Positions 8,062 to 18,960 of a stretch of 25,521 nucleotides of DNA are shown piece after piece. The notes beneath the pieces were generated by a model. It was given only the letters and a program-made list of their open reading frames with translations, searched no databases and was not told the origin of the DNA. Within the stretch, counting starts at the first letter, position 1, and each line of letters opens with the position of its first letter. The DNA lies in UHGV virus genome UHGV-0301809; one strand, 5' to 3'. A program made the translations under genes and the position numbers. Origin of the DNA: a virus.

Positions 8062-8562
8062 ATGAGTAAGAGACGTCACGAGGTAGTAACTCGGGAGCGC
8101 CTTATGGAGGTTCTCGATTACAATAAAGAAACAGGAATTTTCACTTGGAAAAAGAAATTAAGCGCCAGAGGTGCTGTTGGGAAAGTTGCTGGCACAATTT
8201 CTTATGGATATAACGCAATTAATATTGATGGCGTAAGATATTTTGCACATAGACTTGCCTGGCTGTATGTATATGGCGAATGGCCCAAACAAGAGATTGA
8301 CCACATTGATAGAAACAGAAGAAATAACGCAATCTCAAACCTTAGGGATGTCAGCAGAGTCGTAAATGCATTAAATGTCGGACCTCGAAATAGCAATGCT
8401 GGAATCAAGGGGGTAACTTTCTGTCAAGCCAGAAATCAATGGCAAGCTCAGATAAATGTCTCAGGTAAAAACATAACCCTTGGGAGATTCAACACCATTG
8501 ATGAAGCGGCTATAGCTTATAAGGCAGCAAACATGGTTGCTGACCATCTGTTGAGTAGGTGA
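8062..8562 (+). CDS. HNH homing endonuclease with C-terminal AP2-type DNA-binding domain (copy 1)
   Basis: ATG 8062 after GGAG at 7-nt spacing; HNH block [38 protein letters not shown]2-like block [41 protein letters not shown]; track TTG 8020 start rejected. Confidence 0.8.
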   Translation: MSKRRHEVVTRERLMEVLDYNKETGIFTWKKKLSARGAVGKVAGTISYGYNAINIDGVRYFAHRLAWLYVYGEWPKQEIDHIDRNRRNNAISNLRDVSRVVNALNVGPRNSNAGIKGVTFCQARNQWQAQINVSGKNITLGRFNTIDEAAIAYKAANMVADHLLSR

Positions 8563-8693
8563 TATCTGACATTTCATTGCTCCAGACGAATGATATGATG
8601 CAACCATGATGTGATTGCATACCGAAATGGTACTATTGAGTATTTATCCAGTAGGTTACGATGCCATTCCACCCAACTGGTGAGGCATCAAGG

Positions 8694-8954
8694 ATGTACA
8701 GCAAATACGACGAGGCGCAGTTTCACTTGAGACTTCCGCATGAACTCCACGAGAAAATTAAGCAGCGTGCGAAGATGAATAACAGGTCGCTGAACTCAGA
8801 GATAATTGCAGCGATTGAGGAATCATTGGATAAACAAAGCTCTGCATCAGTTTACATTGACGATGCAGAGCGTATGGCAGAACAACAATCTGATATGGTT
8901 AAGAAAATTGTCTTTGATACGCTCAAGAAGCTATATAAAAAAGACAGCAGATAA
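8694..8954 (+). CDS. mnt: Mnt-like ribbon-helix-helix repressor
   Basis: ...FHLRLPHELHEKIKQRAKMNNRSLNSEIIAAIEESL...DDAERMAEQQSDMVKKIVFDTLKKLYKK parallels my recollection of P22 Mnt (...NDAERLADEQSELVKKMVFDTLKDLYKK); internal ATG 8694 chosen over track start 8661. Confidence 0.8.
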   Translation: MYSKYDEAQFHLRLPHELHEKIKQRAKMNNRSLNSEIIAAIEESLDKQSSASVYIDDAERMAEQQSDMVKKIVFDTLKKLYKKDSR

Positions 8955-9043
8955 CCATCCGTTACGGAGGATTTATGCACAGAGATATGCTGAATATTGC
9001 GTTCTACATATTTGGTTTTTGCACGTTCATGGTGTTTGCGAAG

Positions 9044-11041
9044 CTATTCTGACAGCGCATCAGACTTAGCCCCCTGAGTCAGGGCGTTAATGGCCTTTTG
9101 TGCCTGCTGCATGGCTTTCTCGAACGCTGTTGATCCGCGTGGGGTGTTTGCCATTCGGAGCATTGCATTTCTGAATGGCTCGCTCTCATAGGCGCGAGTA
9201 AGAAGTCCGTAGCTTACCGCTGCGCCAGTTGTCGCAGGGTTCATTGCTGTCCCATATCCGATAATGAACGGGATGGTTTGCTGCCCTGTTGGTGTTGTTA
9301 CTGCCGCTTTTGCAGCCTGCTGCGTGGATTGCAGGTAGTTTTTCAATCCTTTCAGATAAGCGGCTTCCTGACCTTTAAATGTGATGCCAGTCTGGTTTTG
9401 CAGGATGTTAAGCTGTCGAAGGAACTGGTCAGGGGAACCACCTGATTTCTCCATCGCCTTTCCAATGATGCCATTGCGCATTTGCGCCCTGCCAACACGA
9501 CCAACTGAGTTATACAGCGTCTTAATTTCCGATTTGTTCTTGCTGAATAGCATGTTGTTGACAACTTCCGGCGTCAGGTCGCCTTTCATGAGAACATTCT
9601 TCAGCCTGGTATTCTTTAGTTTCGCCGCTTCGTCAGCGTAGACGGCATTGGCCTGCTGATATTTACGGAGAGTATCGTTGCCAAGATTCTGACCAATGGC
9701 ACCATTGATATCGTCTGTCATCGCCTTGTAAACACGCTGAATGGCAGCATCGGAACGGTTTGGTAACACTGGTCGTTCCCCCTTCACGTCCATTCTGAAC
9801 TGGCTGCGCAGATCGCTTAATTGCTTCAAATCCAGATTAACCGGACCATCAGGGCCAGCATTGCGAACAAGCTCATCACGATATGACTGAAGTTTTGAAA
9901 TTGTCTCGTTATCAGCTACCTTACCAAGCTTCTGCAGATTAGATATTTCTGTATCAATCTGCTGAATTGCTCGCGCAGGCTGAATGTTTACTCCAGCCAT
10001 AGCATTCTGAACCTGCTCCAGTCGATTACCGGCGGCACGACGAATTCCTAATGTTTTCGCTTTAAGGCTGTCAATAACAACAGATGGATCATACTCACCG
10101 AATTTATCAGCAAATCTCTGCACCAACTGGCTTCTCGCTTCCTGTTGCGTTGCTCTCATTCCGCTTGTGCCAGCCAGAGGGATATTTTCTGCTGTAGTCT
10201 GCGCCATTTTTCCGACGCGGGAAGTGGGTTGTAACAGGTCTGTGGTGTGCAGAGGAACGCCTTCACGCTCTGCAAATCTGATAGCTTGCTGTGCTTCTGG
10301 CGCAATAGCACCACGAACTCCACGATAAGCAGCACCTAATCCACGTCCGGCAGCGTTAATAGCACCGCCAGCCAGCACACCAACGCCTAAATCGGTGGCG
10401 AGTGCTTCCGCATCATCTTTCGCACTATTTGCAGCAAGTGATCCAACTGCGTTTTCTGCTAGAAGGCGAGTTGCCCCCTGAGCAATTCGACCAGCAAGTG
10501 TTGGTGCCTGTACCGCCGCTCTCTCAACGCCAGCAGGAGTGAGGTAAGGCAATGCTTCAGAAAATACCCTTCCCTCTGTCGTTTGTGGAGTCAGCGCACC
10601 TTGCTGAAGGCCAAAGTCCTGCTCTAATCCCTGCGTTGTTACTCGTGGTGCTGGTTGATATGTACCATCGCCAATACCGAGTTTACCGCCAGCCCAAGCC
10701 GCCGCGCTTGTTACAGCATCGGCAACTGATGCAGGTATGTTTGCCACGTTCACGCCAGCCTGCACCAGTCCACGACCAGTCTCTTTTACTGCTTCACCAA
10801 GATCAGACATAAATCCACTTTGCTGTGGTTGTTGCTGTGCTACTGGTTGTTGTGTCTCCACTGGCTGCACAGATGGCAATGGATAGGCAGCATAGAAAGC
10901 TTGCTTAGCCTGCTCTGCATTTTCTCCGGCTTGCGGGGCCACGACTTCATTGAAGTATTGCTCCTGAGCCTGCGCTTTTTGTTCTGGTGCTAACGCCTGA
11001 TACTGTGGAGAGGCGATAACATCTTTCCATGCTTTAGCCAT
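9044..11041 (-). CDS. ejection (DNA-transfer) protein, P22 gp16-like
   Basis: Size (665 aa) and position after the gp20 homolog at the end of the ejection-protein block; low-complexity Ala/Gly/Gln-rich sequence typical of E-proteins. Confidence 0.7.
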   Translation of the reverse strand: MAKAWKDVIASPQYQALAPEQKAQAQEQYFNEVVAPQAGENAEQAKQAFYAAYPLPSVQPVETQQPVAQQQPQQSGFMSDLGEAVKETGRGLVQAGVNVANIPASVADAVTSAAAWAGGKLGIGDGTYQPAPRVTTQGLEQDFGLQQGALTPQTTEGRVFSEALPYLTPAGVERAAVQAPTLAGRIAQGATRLLAENAVGSLAANSAKDDAEALATDLGVGVLAGGAINAAGRGLGAAYRGVRGAIAPEAQQAIRFAEREGVPLHTTDLLQPTSRVGKMAQTTAENIPLAGTSGMRATQQEARSQLVQRFADKFGEYDPSVVIDSLKAKTLGIRRAAGNRLEQVQNAMAGVNIQPARAIQQIDTEISNLQKLGKVADNETISKLQSYRDELVRNAGPDGPVNLDLKQLSDLRSQFRMDVKGERPVLPNRSDAAIQRVYKAMTDDINGAIGQNLGNDTLRKYQQANAVYADEAAKLKNTRLKNVLMKGDLTPEVVNNMLFSKNKSEIKTLYNSVGRVGRAQMRNGIIGKAMEKSGGSPDQFLRQLNILQNQTGITFKGQEAAYLKGLKNYLQSTQQAAKAAVTTPTGQQTIPFIIGYGTAMNPATTGAAVSYGLLTRAYESEPFRNAMLRMANTPRGSTAFEKAMQQAQKAINALTQGAKSDALSE

Positions 11042-12429
11042 TAATCACCCCATAGTGAAGAAAAGTTACTGCTGGCTGCTGGCTGTGATACCTGTGCAGA
11101 TTGAGATTGCTTCCGCTGAGATTTACCAACATTAACGTTATATTGTTGGTTGTAATTGTTGGTGTATTCCTGAATTTCACGAATCGACTGCTGCATAGCC
11201 TCCGGGCTTGAATAGTCAACCTGCGGCATCCCCTGAAAATACATCTTCGCTTCTGCAACGGTGTTAATACCACTGGCACCCATGTCCCTTGCTGCCGCCA
11301 CGCCCTGATTCTGCATTCTTCCCTGAATACGTTGTGCTGAGTTATATAACTGGCGCTGCTCTTTTCCTGTTAATCGGCTGCGAACATCAGCACCAATTGC
11401 CGGGTTACCTGCACCGCCGGTCATTCCTGTCATGAAATCGAGAGCAGAAGCGTCTGCATTTGCGATCGCGTCGATATCCTTCTTCATGGCATAGTTTTGT
11501 GCTGATGCAGACGATGTTGCAGGCGCTGCGATTGAACTGGCAGGAACGCGAACCATATTCCCCTCGTTGTCGATGCCTTCGTAGAACGCATTAGCCCCAG
11601 CGCCGTGAAGCTTCCCGCCTACCGTTACAGTTCTGCCATCTGATAACTGAACTGTACGCTCATCATTCCCAGCGGTTCCTCTTGTTGACGCTCGCTGCAT
11701 TGCCAAATCCTGCCCGCGTCGCGCAGTAGAAGCAGATAAATCCTGACCGCGCATCGTGATGTTTTGACCTCGTGCTGTTAGCGCCTCTCCGGCCTGATTG
11801 CTGCGGATTGTCTCTGCCAGTCTGCCTCTGTCAATCTCACGACCAGCCATCTTGTCCTGAACATTGAAGTAATCAATCGGACCAAGAGCAGCCATTCCGA
11901 GGTGATCAACAAACTCGCCAAATCCTGAAGGATTCTGCTGATACATCTGAGCAACGTTGTTAGGGTCAACGCCGACGCGCGCCAGTTCCTTGGCGTTGTT
12001 TTGCAGCCATGATTGCATTGCTTCTGGAGACGATGACGCAAGGCGTGCGCCAGCCGCTAAGGTGCCGATAGAATTACGCTGGTCTTCATCAATGAATCCC
12101 ATGCCTTTACGAACGGATTCAATCTGGTCTGGATATTGAGTAGCCAACTGACGCAAAGCACCGCGATCACCAGACGCATAAGCATTAGCGTACGCCTGCT
12201 GAAATTCTTTCTGCCGCTGAGCCTGCTTTTCCTGCTGAAGCACCCCTGCAATACCTGAAAGGCCTTGCAAAGCAGTCAGCCCAACATTGTTAGCGCCTGA
12301 ACGCTCAATATCATTGTTCTGCCTGATAAGCTGAAGCGTATTGCCGATGTCATTTACGCTCGGGGCGTTTGAGTTGACGCCGCCGATACCAGCCAACAAT
12401 CCGCCGTTTGTTCCTTGCCAAGTAGCCAT
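11041..12429 (-). CDS. ejection protein, P22 gp20-like
   Basis: 462 aa, synteny between gp7 and gp16 homologs; start overlaps upstream stop. Confidence 0.7.
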   Translation of the reverse strand: MATWQGTNGGLLAGIGGVNSNAPSVNDIGNTLQLIRQNNDIERSGANNVGLTALQGLSGIAGVLQQEKQAQRQKEFQQAYANAYASGDRGALRQLATQYPDQIESVRKGMGFIDEDQRNSIGTLAAGARLASSSPEAMQSWLQNNAKELARVGVDPNNVAQMYQQNPSGFGEFVDHLGMAALGPIDYFNVQDKMAGREIDRGRLAETIRSNQAGEALTARGQNITMRGQDLSASTARRGQDLAMQRASTRGTAGNDERTVQLSDGRTVTVGGKLHGAGANAFYEGIDNEGNMVRVPASSIAAPATSSASAQNYAMKKDIDAIANADASALDFMTGMTGGAGNPAIGADVRSRLTGKEQRQLYNSAQRIQGRMQNQGVAAARDMGASGINTVAEAKMYFQGMPQVDYSSPEAMQQSIREIQEYTNNYNQQYNVNVGKSQRKQSQSAQVSQPAASSNFSSLWGD

Positions 12430-12438
12430 GATTACCCC

Positions 12439-13131
12439 TTAAAACAACGAGCCAAGCAGGCCAAGTCCGCCGCCAATTGCCGCACCTAATCCAGTGCCAA
12501 GTCCTGGAACAATAGAGCCAAGAGCAGCGCCAGTCATAGCCCCTGAAGCTCCGCCGCTAATTGCTGTCTGAAGACCTGATGGTTTATTGGCATTAGCAGC
12601 GGCAAGAGCCGCACTTTGCTGCGAAATCTGACTCATGTTGTTGGCATATGTCTGCCCGGCGTTTGCCTGACCTTGCAGTGCGCCAAGACCAATATTTGCC
12701 AGATTCTGGTAGTTGTTCATCTGACCAGACAGCCACTGCTGACCAAGCGTTGGTGCGATTGTTGCTAACTGATTACCGGTTGCAGTGGAACCCAATCCAC
12801 CTGTTGCTTCCGCTGCCGCCAGACTCTGATAGCGAGCCTGACCAGCAAGATCTTTGTACTGCTGAGAGTTGTAATACTGGTTAAGTGCCTGACCTTGCCC
12901 CTGAAGAGAGGAAAGATTCTGCAATTGTGATACGTACTGCTGAGCGAGTGGCGTGAACGGAGCAAGGTTTTTCATGATCGTCTGCCACTGCTGATTCTGC
13001 AGGTCTGCGGCATACTTCTGAGCTTCTGCTGCATACTTTGCGCTTTTATCGGACCCACCTTTCCCGCCTTTTTCAGGGCAATAAGGTTCCTCTCCGCGCA
13101 GTTTTCTGCCCAGCTTAAATGCATATAACAT
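12439..13131 (-). CDS. ejection protein, P22 gp7-like
   Basis: 230 aa; N-terminus MLYAFKLGRKLRGEEPYCPEKGGKGGS followed by Gln/Ala/Gly-rich region; synteny. Confidence 0.7.
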   Translation of the reverse strand: MLYAFKLGRKLRGEEPYCPEKGGKGGSDKSAKYAAEAQKYAADLQNQQWQTIMKNLAPFTPLAQQYVSQLQNLSSLQGQGQALNQYYNSQQYKDLAGQARYQSLAAAEATGGLGSTATGNQLATIAPTLGQQWLSGQMNNYQNLANIGLGALQGQANAGQTYANNMSQISQQSAALAAANANKPSGLQTAISGGASGAMTGAALGSIVPGLGTGLGAAIGGGLGLLGSLF

Positions 13132-13133
13132 AG

Positions 13134-13589
13134 CTATCTCCCGTGATTCAGGAAGTCGATTAGTTCTTCGCGTGTAGCACTGTAAAATGTCACGTCATCC
13201 ACGCCTTTGAAGTATTTCTTGATGGTTCCGACACGCTTAAGGCCAATCATTGCGCAGTACATCTGACCGTGGCGGAATTTGCGCGCAGCGAACGATGTGA
13301 CGCACTGAACGGTGGTGTTAGTCAGAATGTATCGCCAGAACGCCAGCCCGATTTCCTTGCTGAATCCACGAACCTCTGGCAGGTACATGGCGTGGCAATC
13401 GAATGTAAGCGGCTGAATTTCCTGATAGTAAACAATGCCGCCAAACTGACCGTACACGTTAACCTCAAAGTAACGGCATTCAGGCTTGTAGTCGTATCCA
13501 TCACCGTTGTTGCTTCCGGCAATAATGTCAGGGTGATTTCCGACAGCTTCGATCAGGTCGATGTTTCGCGTTGGTTTGAACTGAATCAT
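13134..13589 (-). CDS. gp14-like protein (position of P22 gene 14)
   Basis: 151 aa ORF between tail needle and gp7 homologs; assignment by synteny only. Confidence 0.5.
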   Translation of the reverse strand: MIQFKPTRNIDLIEAVGNHPDIIAGSNNGDGYDYKPECRYFEVNVYGQFGGIVYYQEIQPLTFDCHAMYLPEVRGFSKEIGLAFWRYILTNTTVQCVTSFAARKFRHGQMYCAMIGLKRVGTIKKYFKGVDDVTFYSATREELIDFLNHGR

Positions 13590-14542
13590 TACTGCTCCGC
13601 GATTATCTTGATGGTTGTGGCAGTAAACGCCGCACCATTTGACTGAATGGTTAACGTGCTGCCATTTGTGGCAAGAAAGCCGTCTTTATCCACGCTGAAG
13701 AACGTAGCTAACAGGATGTTATCGGTCGTTGTCGCCGAGTTGCGACTGCTTACCAGTGTGTCAGGAACAGAGCCGGAAAATGTTAGTTGCATTGACCTGT
13801 TGGCGGTTCCGCTGGGCCACGTCCCGACGATCGACAGCTTGAAGAACAAGGTTTTGTTCTCGTTGAACACAACCATCTTGTTGTTAACGGTGTCGAAGAA
13901 TGGTGCCAGCGTGCCGGATGACGGCGTGAGCGTTTTCAGCAGACTAACAAGGTTGGTAGGCGCTGTCGGAATTGTTACCGATACCCCTGAGTAAACAACC
14001 TCTGATTTCTTGCGCGTGGTGGCATACTCAAGCGCAGATATTCTTGTTGAGTGATCACCAGCTGTGCTTTGTAGCGTCGAAATACTTCCCTCTGCCGCTG
14101 TGAGCCTGGTATCAAGTGCGTTGATATCGGTTGTATTCTGAGTTATTCGCGCATCATGGTTTGCTAACTCAGATTCATTGGCAGCAATTCGCGTCTCGTG
14201 ATCAGCCAGCTCTGTTTCGGCAGCCGTAATCCTTGTTTCATGATCTGCAAGAGTGCTTTCCGCTGCTGCAATTCTATGTTCATGATTGACGAGAGTTGCT
14301 TCAGCAGCTTCAATTCTGGATTCATGGTCTGCAAGGGTGACATCCTGCTCATCATTCTTCACCTGTGCATCATAAGCCCCCTTCCCTGCTTCGTTGGCCT
14401 TGTTAGCCACGTTACCAACATCAGCACCCTGTGCGATAACGTACAGCAGATATGACTGCGAGAAGATATTGCGTGGAAGGACTGATGTGTCGAGTCGTGT
14501 AGCCTGAATGATTACCGGCTCATTGAGATTCGAATCAGCCAT
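13589..14542 (-). CDS. tail needle (P22 gp26-like) with extended C-terminal knob
   Basis: N-terminus [43 protein letters not shown]...[13 protein letters not shown] resembles P22 gp26; long hendecad coiled coil (ADHETRI repeats); 317 aa versus about 233 in P22 implies an added C-terminal domain. Confidence 0.8.
   Translation of the reverse strand: MADSNLNEPVIIQATRLDTSVLPRNIFSQSYLLYVIAQGADVGNVANKANEAGKGAYDAQVKNDEQDVTLADHESRIEAAEATLVNHEHRIAAAESTLADHETRITAAETELADHETRIAANESELANHDARITQNTTDINALDTRLTAAEGSISTLQSTAGDHSTRISALEYATTRKKSEVVYSGVSVTIPTAPTNLVSLLKTLTPSSGTLAPFFDTVNNKMVVFNENKTLFFKLSIVGTWPSGTANRSMQLTFSGSVPDTLVSSRNSATTTDNILLATFFSVDKDGFLATNGSTLTIQSNGAAFTATTIKIIAEQ
14130..14350 (-). repeat. in-frame tandem repeats of about 33 nt encoding the needle coiled-coil hendecads
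   Basis: Repeated LADHE(T/S)RI(A/T)AAE units visible in the translation and as periodic DNA; boundaries approximate. Confidence 0.4.
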
Positions 14543-15960
14543 TACTCGATCCTTATCTGGCAGCCTGACAGAGTGACAGGTGACTTAGTGATAACACGCA
14601 ATTTGAAGCCGACATTTTTCCTGATGCGCCCAACTCGCTTCCACAAAACGCGTTTGTCGTAAACGAACGGTTCATTCTGCTCAATCATCTGCTCACGCCC
14701 GTAATTGATGCCGTCAGTGGTTGCAGAGAGAAAAAGGCGGTCAGCATACTGCGCAACTCCAGTTGACGATTCAACTTCAAGGTCGAAAACTCTGGCGTTA
14801 TCCGCTTTGAACAACGGAGTAAACAGCAGGTGTTCCTGCTGCTTGTCGTACTGGCTGCTGATATCGAACTGCAGTTTCCCGGTAACAGATTCCAGCTTAT
14901 CGCCGCACGTTATCTGATTGCCTTCGTAAATGAAGTCGATAGCGCGATACACATCGTCATACAGGCCTGTTTTCAGCACACACCATTGCGGACCATTGGC
15001 GCTTGAAGATGCGTCGTACACAAGGACGTGACGCGAAAGATGGATAATCAGCAACTCATGAGCATCAAACCGCAACGATTCCATCACACCATCAGCCAGT
15101 TCATCAGCAGTGTAGGAGCGGAGGATTTTCTCAATGCTCGCGCTGGCGATTGGTGATACCTGACCGGAGCCGATGATGTATACAGACGGAGCACCTGTTG
15201 CCGGATTGCTGATAAACGCATAGGAATCAGCAAACGGCGTTTTGCAGTAAGTTCCGGCAATGCCTTTCTGCACCATCAGTGATGGCTGTGCGACATACAA
15301 AGCGGCACCAACGGTGGTTGCCCCAGTCAGGGAAAAATATTCAATCGTCGATGAACCAAAGCAGACGATGAAGTCTCGCCATGTTCCGATGCCGAGGATA
15401 CCGTCCGGCTGCGATTCTGCGCGATATTGTGCGCTGTAACGGTCAGGATGCGATTCGTCTTCAAGGTCAGTGATAAACCATGAATCCGTGCCGTCTTTTG
15501 ACCACGCATAACGCCCACGTAAGCGTGTAATGTCACGAACCGAACCTAACTCATACTGCGTGAATCCGCTGTCTGTAGGCCAGTTTGAGACGGTTTTAAC
15601 CGTGCCGTCATAGCGATACTCGACCAGTTGACCATTAACGCCTACAGCCTGAGATGTCCGACCATGCGCCATTGATACGCGACCACTTCCGGCAACATCA
15701 CCGACTGCATTTTCGCCTTTGTACAGCTTGCCACCACACACGCGATAAACAGCATTTTGTGCCATGTTGTACTCGGCGCCGCGAGATACACCGTTCACAT
15801 CAGAGCGTTTGGCAATGCCAGGGAATGAGCGAAGATATCCGCTGCTGTTCAGGATTTCTTTGGGTGTATCCAGCATATTCACTGGCAGATAGTCGATATA
15901 GTCAGCGTTTCGGAAGTCTTTGCCGACACCTTTCATAAGCGGAAGTTGCTGAATAGGCAT
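14542..15960 (-). CDS. tail hub protein, P22 gp10-like
   Basis: 472 aa starting [49 protein letters not shown], matching the P22 gp10 N-terminus as I recall it; synteny. Confidence 0.8.
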   Translation of the reverse strand: MPIQQLPLMKGVGKDFRNADYIDYLPVNMLDTPKEILNSSGYLRSFPGIAKRSDVNGVSRGAEYNMAQNAVYRVCGGKLYKGENAVGDVAGSGRVSMAHGRTSQAVGVNGQLVEYRYDGTVKTVSNWPTDSGFTQYELGSVRDITRLRGRYAWSKDGTDSWFITDLEDESHPDRYSAQYRAESQPDGILGIGTWRDFIVCFGSSTIEYFSLTGATTVGAALYVAQPSLMVQKGIAGTYCKTPFADSYAFISNPATGAPSVYIIGSGQVSPIASASIEKILRSYTADELADGVMESLRFDAHELLIIHLSRHVLVYDASSSANGPQWCVLKTGLYDDVYRAIDFIYEGNQITCGDKLESVTGKLQFDISSQYDKQQEHLLFTPLFKADNARVFDLEVESSTGVAQYADRLFLSATTDGINYGREQMIEQNEPFVYDKRVLWKRVGRIRKNVGFKLRVITKSPVTLSGCQIRIE

Positions 15961-16461
15961 TTATTCGCTCCCGTTATCGCAAGATTCCTTCCGGTGGAAG
16001 TAATTCCAACCGTTCCACTTCGCCAACTGGTTACCGCTACCAACAGGCATACGGTTTGGATAACCGGACTTACATTTAGCGGCTTTTGCTCTGTCCATTG
16101 CAGACAGTTTGACGAGTCGCTCTTTCCCGTATCTGGCAGTGGTTATAAGTTTTGCAGACGCTTCCAGCGCATAATCTGGAGCAATGCGGCAGGCAAGGTT
16201 GAAAATGACGGCATTGATAGCGTTATTTGATAAACCGTGCTCATCGCCCGGATCCGGAGCAACATCTGCATCAGCAAAAATGTAGCCAACGTTGATACCA
16301 GGTGACGCATCACCGCCAAGCCATTCAGCCATCATCATTTCAAGGTCGTTGACGCCGTCTTCCATAGACTGCGGTTCGACATCTGTTAACGTGGCATTTG
16401 ATGCCACACCGAGCTTACGTAATGCCGCAAGGACTAAATCACCCTTCGTTGTCAGGTTCAT
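15961..16461 (-). CDS. tail accessory protein, P22 gp4-like
   Basis: Internal start [33 protein letters not shown]... fits the gp4 family; track N-terminal extension to 16527 rejected. Confidence 0.7.
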   Translation of the reverse strand: MNLTTKGDLVLAALRKLGVASNATLTDVEPQSMEDGVNDLEMMMAEWLGGDASPGINVGYIFADADVAPDPGDEHGLSNNAINAVIFNLACRIAPDYALEASAKLITTARYGKERLVKLSAMDRAKAAKCKSGYPNRMPVGSGNQLAKWNGWNYFHRKESCDNGSE

Positions 16462-17032
16462 CTGCTGCCGCCTTAGGTTTTCGACCAGGCTTTTTACGCT
16501 GTTTTTCTTCTGGCTCTGGCTCTGCAATAGCCGGACGCAAACTCAGGAGTCGTCCAAGAACATCATTTGCTTCATGACCATCCCACTCTTTCCCGAACTC
16601 AAGCTCAGTACCTTCAGGAAGGAACTCGATTTCTTCAACAGGTAGGTGATAAGTGATTTCGCCTTCTGGAGTGGTGATACCAGCAATGATCCAGCCATCC
16701 CACTCTTCACCGTCACTGTGTTTGCGAGACCACCACGAAAGCTCAGCGTAAGCATGCATCAGCGATGAGAAGAGGCGCACTCGGTGAGCGTAAAGCTCGT
16801 TAAAAGTGTGATAACCGTCGGACACTTCGCCCATATCAACTGGGGAAGTTTCACCTCCGCCAACACTCCCAATTTGATCACCAACAAGAGGATCATCAGG
16901 AACATCGTCAGGGTGCTTATACCAGCCATTTGCTAAGTGCACAGCTACATCATCAGGATCAACGGTTTTCGTTTTCAGCTTGCGTCCCCAGATTTTGGTA
17001 TCTCCGCCAGCCTGAAAAATCATTACGCTCAT
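16439..17032 (-). CDS. hypothetical acidic protein (about 197 aa) with basic C-terminal tail, between coat and gp4
   Basis: Internal start [10 protein letters not shown]... chosen because the track ORF's upstream part overlaps the coat gene and terminator; C-terminus [11 protein letters not shown] is AT-hook-like; no family recognised. Confidence 0.5.
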   Translation of the reverse strand: MSVMIFQAGGDTKIWGRKLKTKTVDPDDVAVHLANGWYKHPDDVPDDPLVGDQIGSVGGGETSPVDMGEVSDGYHTFNELYAHRVRLFSSLMHAYAELSWWSRKHSDGEEWDGWIIAGITTPEGEITYHLPVEEIEFLPEGTELEFGKEWDGHEANDVLGRLLSLRPAIAEPEPEEKQRKKPGRKPKAAADEPDNEG

Positions 17033-17042
17033 TGGTATCTCC

Positions 17043-17066
17043 AATAGAAAAGGGAGCCGAAGCTCC
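17043..17066 (-). terminator. rho-independent terminator-like hairpin downstream of coat (UUCG tetraloop)
   Basis: On the minus strand GGGAGC-TTCG-GCTCCC followed by TTTTCTATT; nearly identical stem-loop to the terminator at 3598-3620. Confidence 0.55.
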
Positions 17067-17075
17067 CTCTGGTTA

Positions 17076-18371
17076 TCACGCGGTCTGGTTAGGCAGACCA
17101 ACACCAATTGCCTCTGGTCGTACAGCACATGCTGAATACCACACAGCAATACGGCACTTACCAGACAGAGTGTTGATATCACCCTGCGTTGCGAAGATGC
17201 CGTTAACACCAATACCAGGAATGCTGAAGGAAGACGTTTTCATGCCAGCAAACAGTTCATGGGTTACCGGGATCGGCTGAGACAGCAGACGGATTGAGTC
17301 ATCAGCCCAGAACACGTTAGCGGTGGTTGTTGCCACGTTCAGAACGTTTACCGGAGTGGTATTAGCAAGAGAGGTGTTTACGTTAGCGTAAGCCTTCTCT
17401 TCTTTTGTCAGTGACGCGTCATCCAGTGCAATCGGTTTCGGCGTGATTTCGATGCGAGTACCATCGATCACACGGGTGATTGAGAAAGTCGCATCATCAG
17501 TTAGCACGTTCTTCGCCATCTGAGACAGGAATTTCACACCAGTGAAACTGATTTTGTCGCCGCGCTTAAATTCGGTGGTGGAGGATACGGTCACCGTTGC
17601 AACACGGTTGTCGACGTTCTCTTTGTTACCATCGGTATCAAGGGTGTATGCCTGCGGCTTAAACTTCTGCGCACCAGAAACAGTTACACCAGTAGCGGTT
17701 GACTTGGTAACTGCCGGAAGTTTCGGTGAGCGAAGAATTTCATCAAAGCCAGCAATCTGACGCTGAATAGTACCGTTGCGATATGCTTCTTCAGGAACGC
17801 GCCCGAAGATGTCACCATCTACCAGGTTGCGGCCTGCTTTGCGGTAATCGTCAGGGTTCAGGAAGTAACTGATGCCCATATCGCGGTTTAGCTCACGGGA
17901 GAACATCAGGCGCTCTGCATCAGACACAAAATCCCAGCCAGACAGGCCAGTAGATGGACCAATTGCGCGGGTATCGTGAACAACAAGCGAGCCCATTTCA
18001 GTTGCCTGTTTGGCAATTGCTGACTCAATGTTATTCGCCAGTTTTTTGGCGGATGCCTGGATGCGGCGACGGTAAGAACGCTCATCACGCAGGTCATCTG
18101 CACGAAGCTCGAAGAAATCGTTATCCGGATCGCCCATGTTGCATTTCACGGACAGCTCCAGAATCCCGGTTGCGTTGCCAGTTAAATCCCAGCCAGTCTG
18201 AGTTGGCGCTTCCTGCTCAACAGGCATCCACACGGTGTTGCTTGAACGCTGCATGGATTCTGCCGGAGGGGTGTATTTTGTCACTTTGGACGCCATTGGC
18301 GTCAGGTTCTGGACGGTTTCGATGATTTCATCGATAGCGTAAGTAACTAACTGCCCTTCTTTGAGAGTCAT
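17076..18371 (-). CDS. major capsid (coat) protein, P22 gp5-like
   Basis: 431 aa; [54 protein letters not shown]... closely parallels P22 coat protein as I recall it. Confidence 0.9.
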   Translation of the reverse strand: MTLKEGQLVTYAIDEIIETVQNLTPMASKVTKYTPPAESMQRSSNTVWMPVEQEAPTQTGWDLTGNATGILELSVKCNMGDPDNDFFELRADDLRDERSYRRRIQASAKKLANNIESAIAKQATEMGSLVVHDTRAIGPSTGLSGWDFVSDAERLMFSRELNRDMGISYFLNPDDYRKAGRNLVDGDIFGRVPEEAYRNGTIQRQIAGFDEILRSPKLPAVTKSTATGVTVSGAQKFKPQAYTLDTDGNKENVDNRVATVTVSSTTEFKRGDKISFTGVKFLSQMAKNVLTDDATFSITRVIDGTRIEITPKPIALDDASLTKEEKAYANVNTSLANTTPVNVLNVATTTANVFWADDSIRLLSQPIPVTHELFAGMKTSSFSIPGIGVNGIFATQGDINTLSGKCRIAVWYSACAVRPEAIGVGLPNQTA

Positions 18372-18438
18372 ATATTGAATACCTTACTTTCTTTATGTGC
18401 TATACTATTGTTATATCAACATATAGCGCATTAGGGTT

Positions 18439-18960
18439 ATGAGCATGGAACTGAATGAATACTTCGAATACCGAGATGGTTCTTTGGTTTGGAAAGCCAG
18501 AAGCTCTGAATTTTTCAACAACAAAAAGAATCGCAACTATCACAACGTTTGGAATGCAAAACACGCTGGGAAAGTTGCTGGTCTTTTAGAAAGCAATGGA
18601 TATATCCGCATAAGAATTAACGGCATTAAGTGGCTAGCACACCGCATCGTATGGGTAATGTTTAACGGAGATATTCCAGAAGGCATGGAAATTGACCATA
18701 TAAATGGGATTCGCCACGACAACAGAATTGAAAATCTTCGTCTTGTGAAAAAATCAGCAAACCAAAGGAATAGAATCAAACTATCTAAAAATAACTCCAG
18801 CGGAATATCTGGAGTTTACTTTTGCAACACGCGGAAAAGATGGATCGCTCATAAGCGACTGCTTAATGCAAGAGTGCAAAAAGTATGTTCTTCATTCGAA
18901 GAGGCGAAAGAAGTAATCAGAAAGTTTGACGAGGAAAACAACATCACGATATCGAAATAA
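18439..18960 (+). CDS. HNH homing endonuclease with C-terminal AP2-type domain (copy 2)
   Basis: HNH block AHRIVWVMFNGDIPEGMEIDHINGIRHDNRIENLRLV; AP2-like GISGVYFCNTRKRWIAHKRLLNARVQKVCSSFEEAKEV; AT-rich upstream region with TATA-like elements. Confidence 0.8.
   Translation: MSMELNEYFEYRDGSLVWKARSSEFFNNKKNRNYHNVWNAKHAGKVAGLLESNGYIRIRINGIKWLAHRIVWVMFNGDIPEGMEIDHINGIRHDNRIENLRLVKKSANQRNRIKLSKNNSSGISGVYFCNTRKRWIAHKRLLNARVQKVCSSFEEAKEVIRKFDEENNITISK

Noticed and set aside
14130-14350. Possible CRISPR-like or non-coding repeat array
   Set aside because: The periodicity is in frame and encodes the hendecad coiled coil of the tail needle. There are no spacer-like unique segments and no cas genes.
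17150-17165. Apparent frameshift at the coat C-terminus when hand-translating (a run read as CCC versus CC)
   Set aside because: The supplied ORF track gives an intact 431-aa coat ORF across this position, so this is most likely my own counting error. It produced a 1-nt disagreement between my coordinates and the track near 17030-17160; track-consistent coordinates were used.
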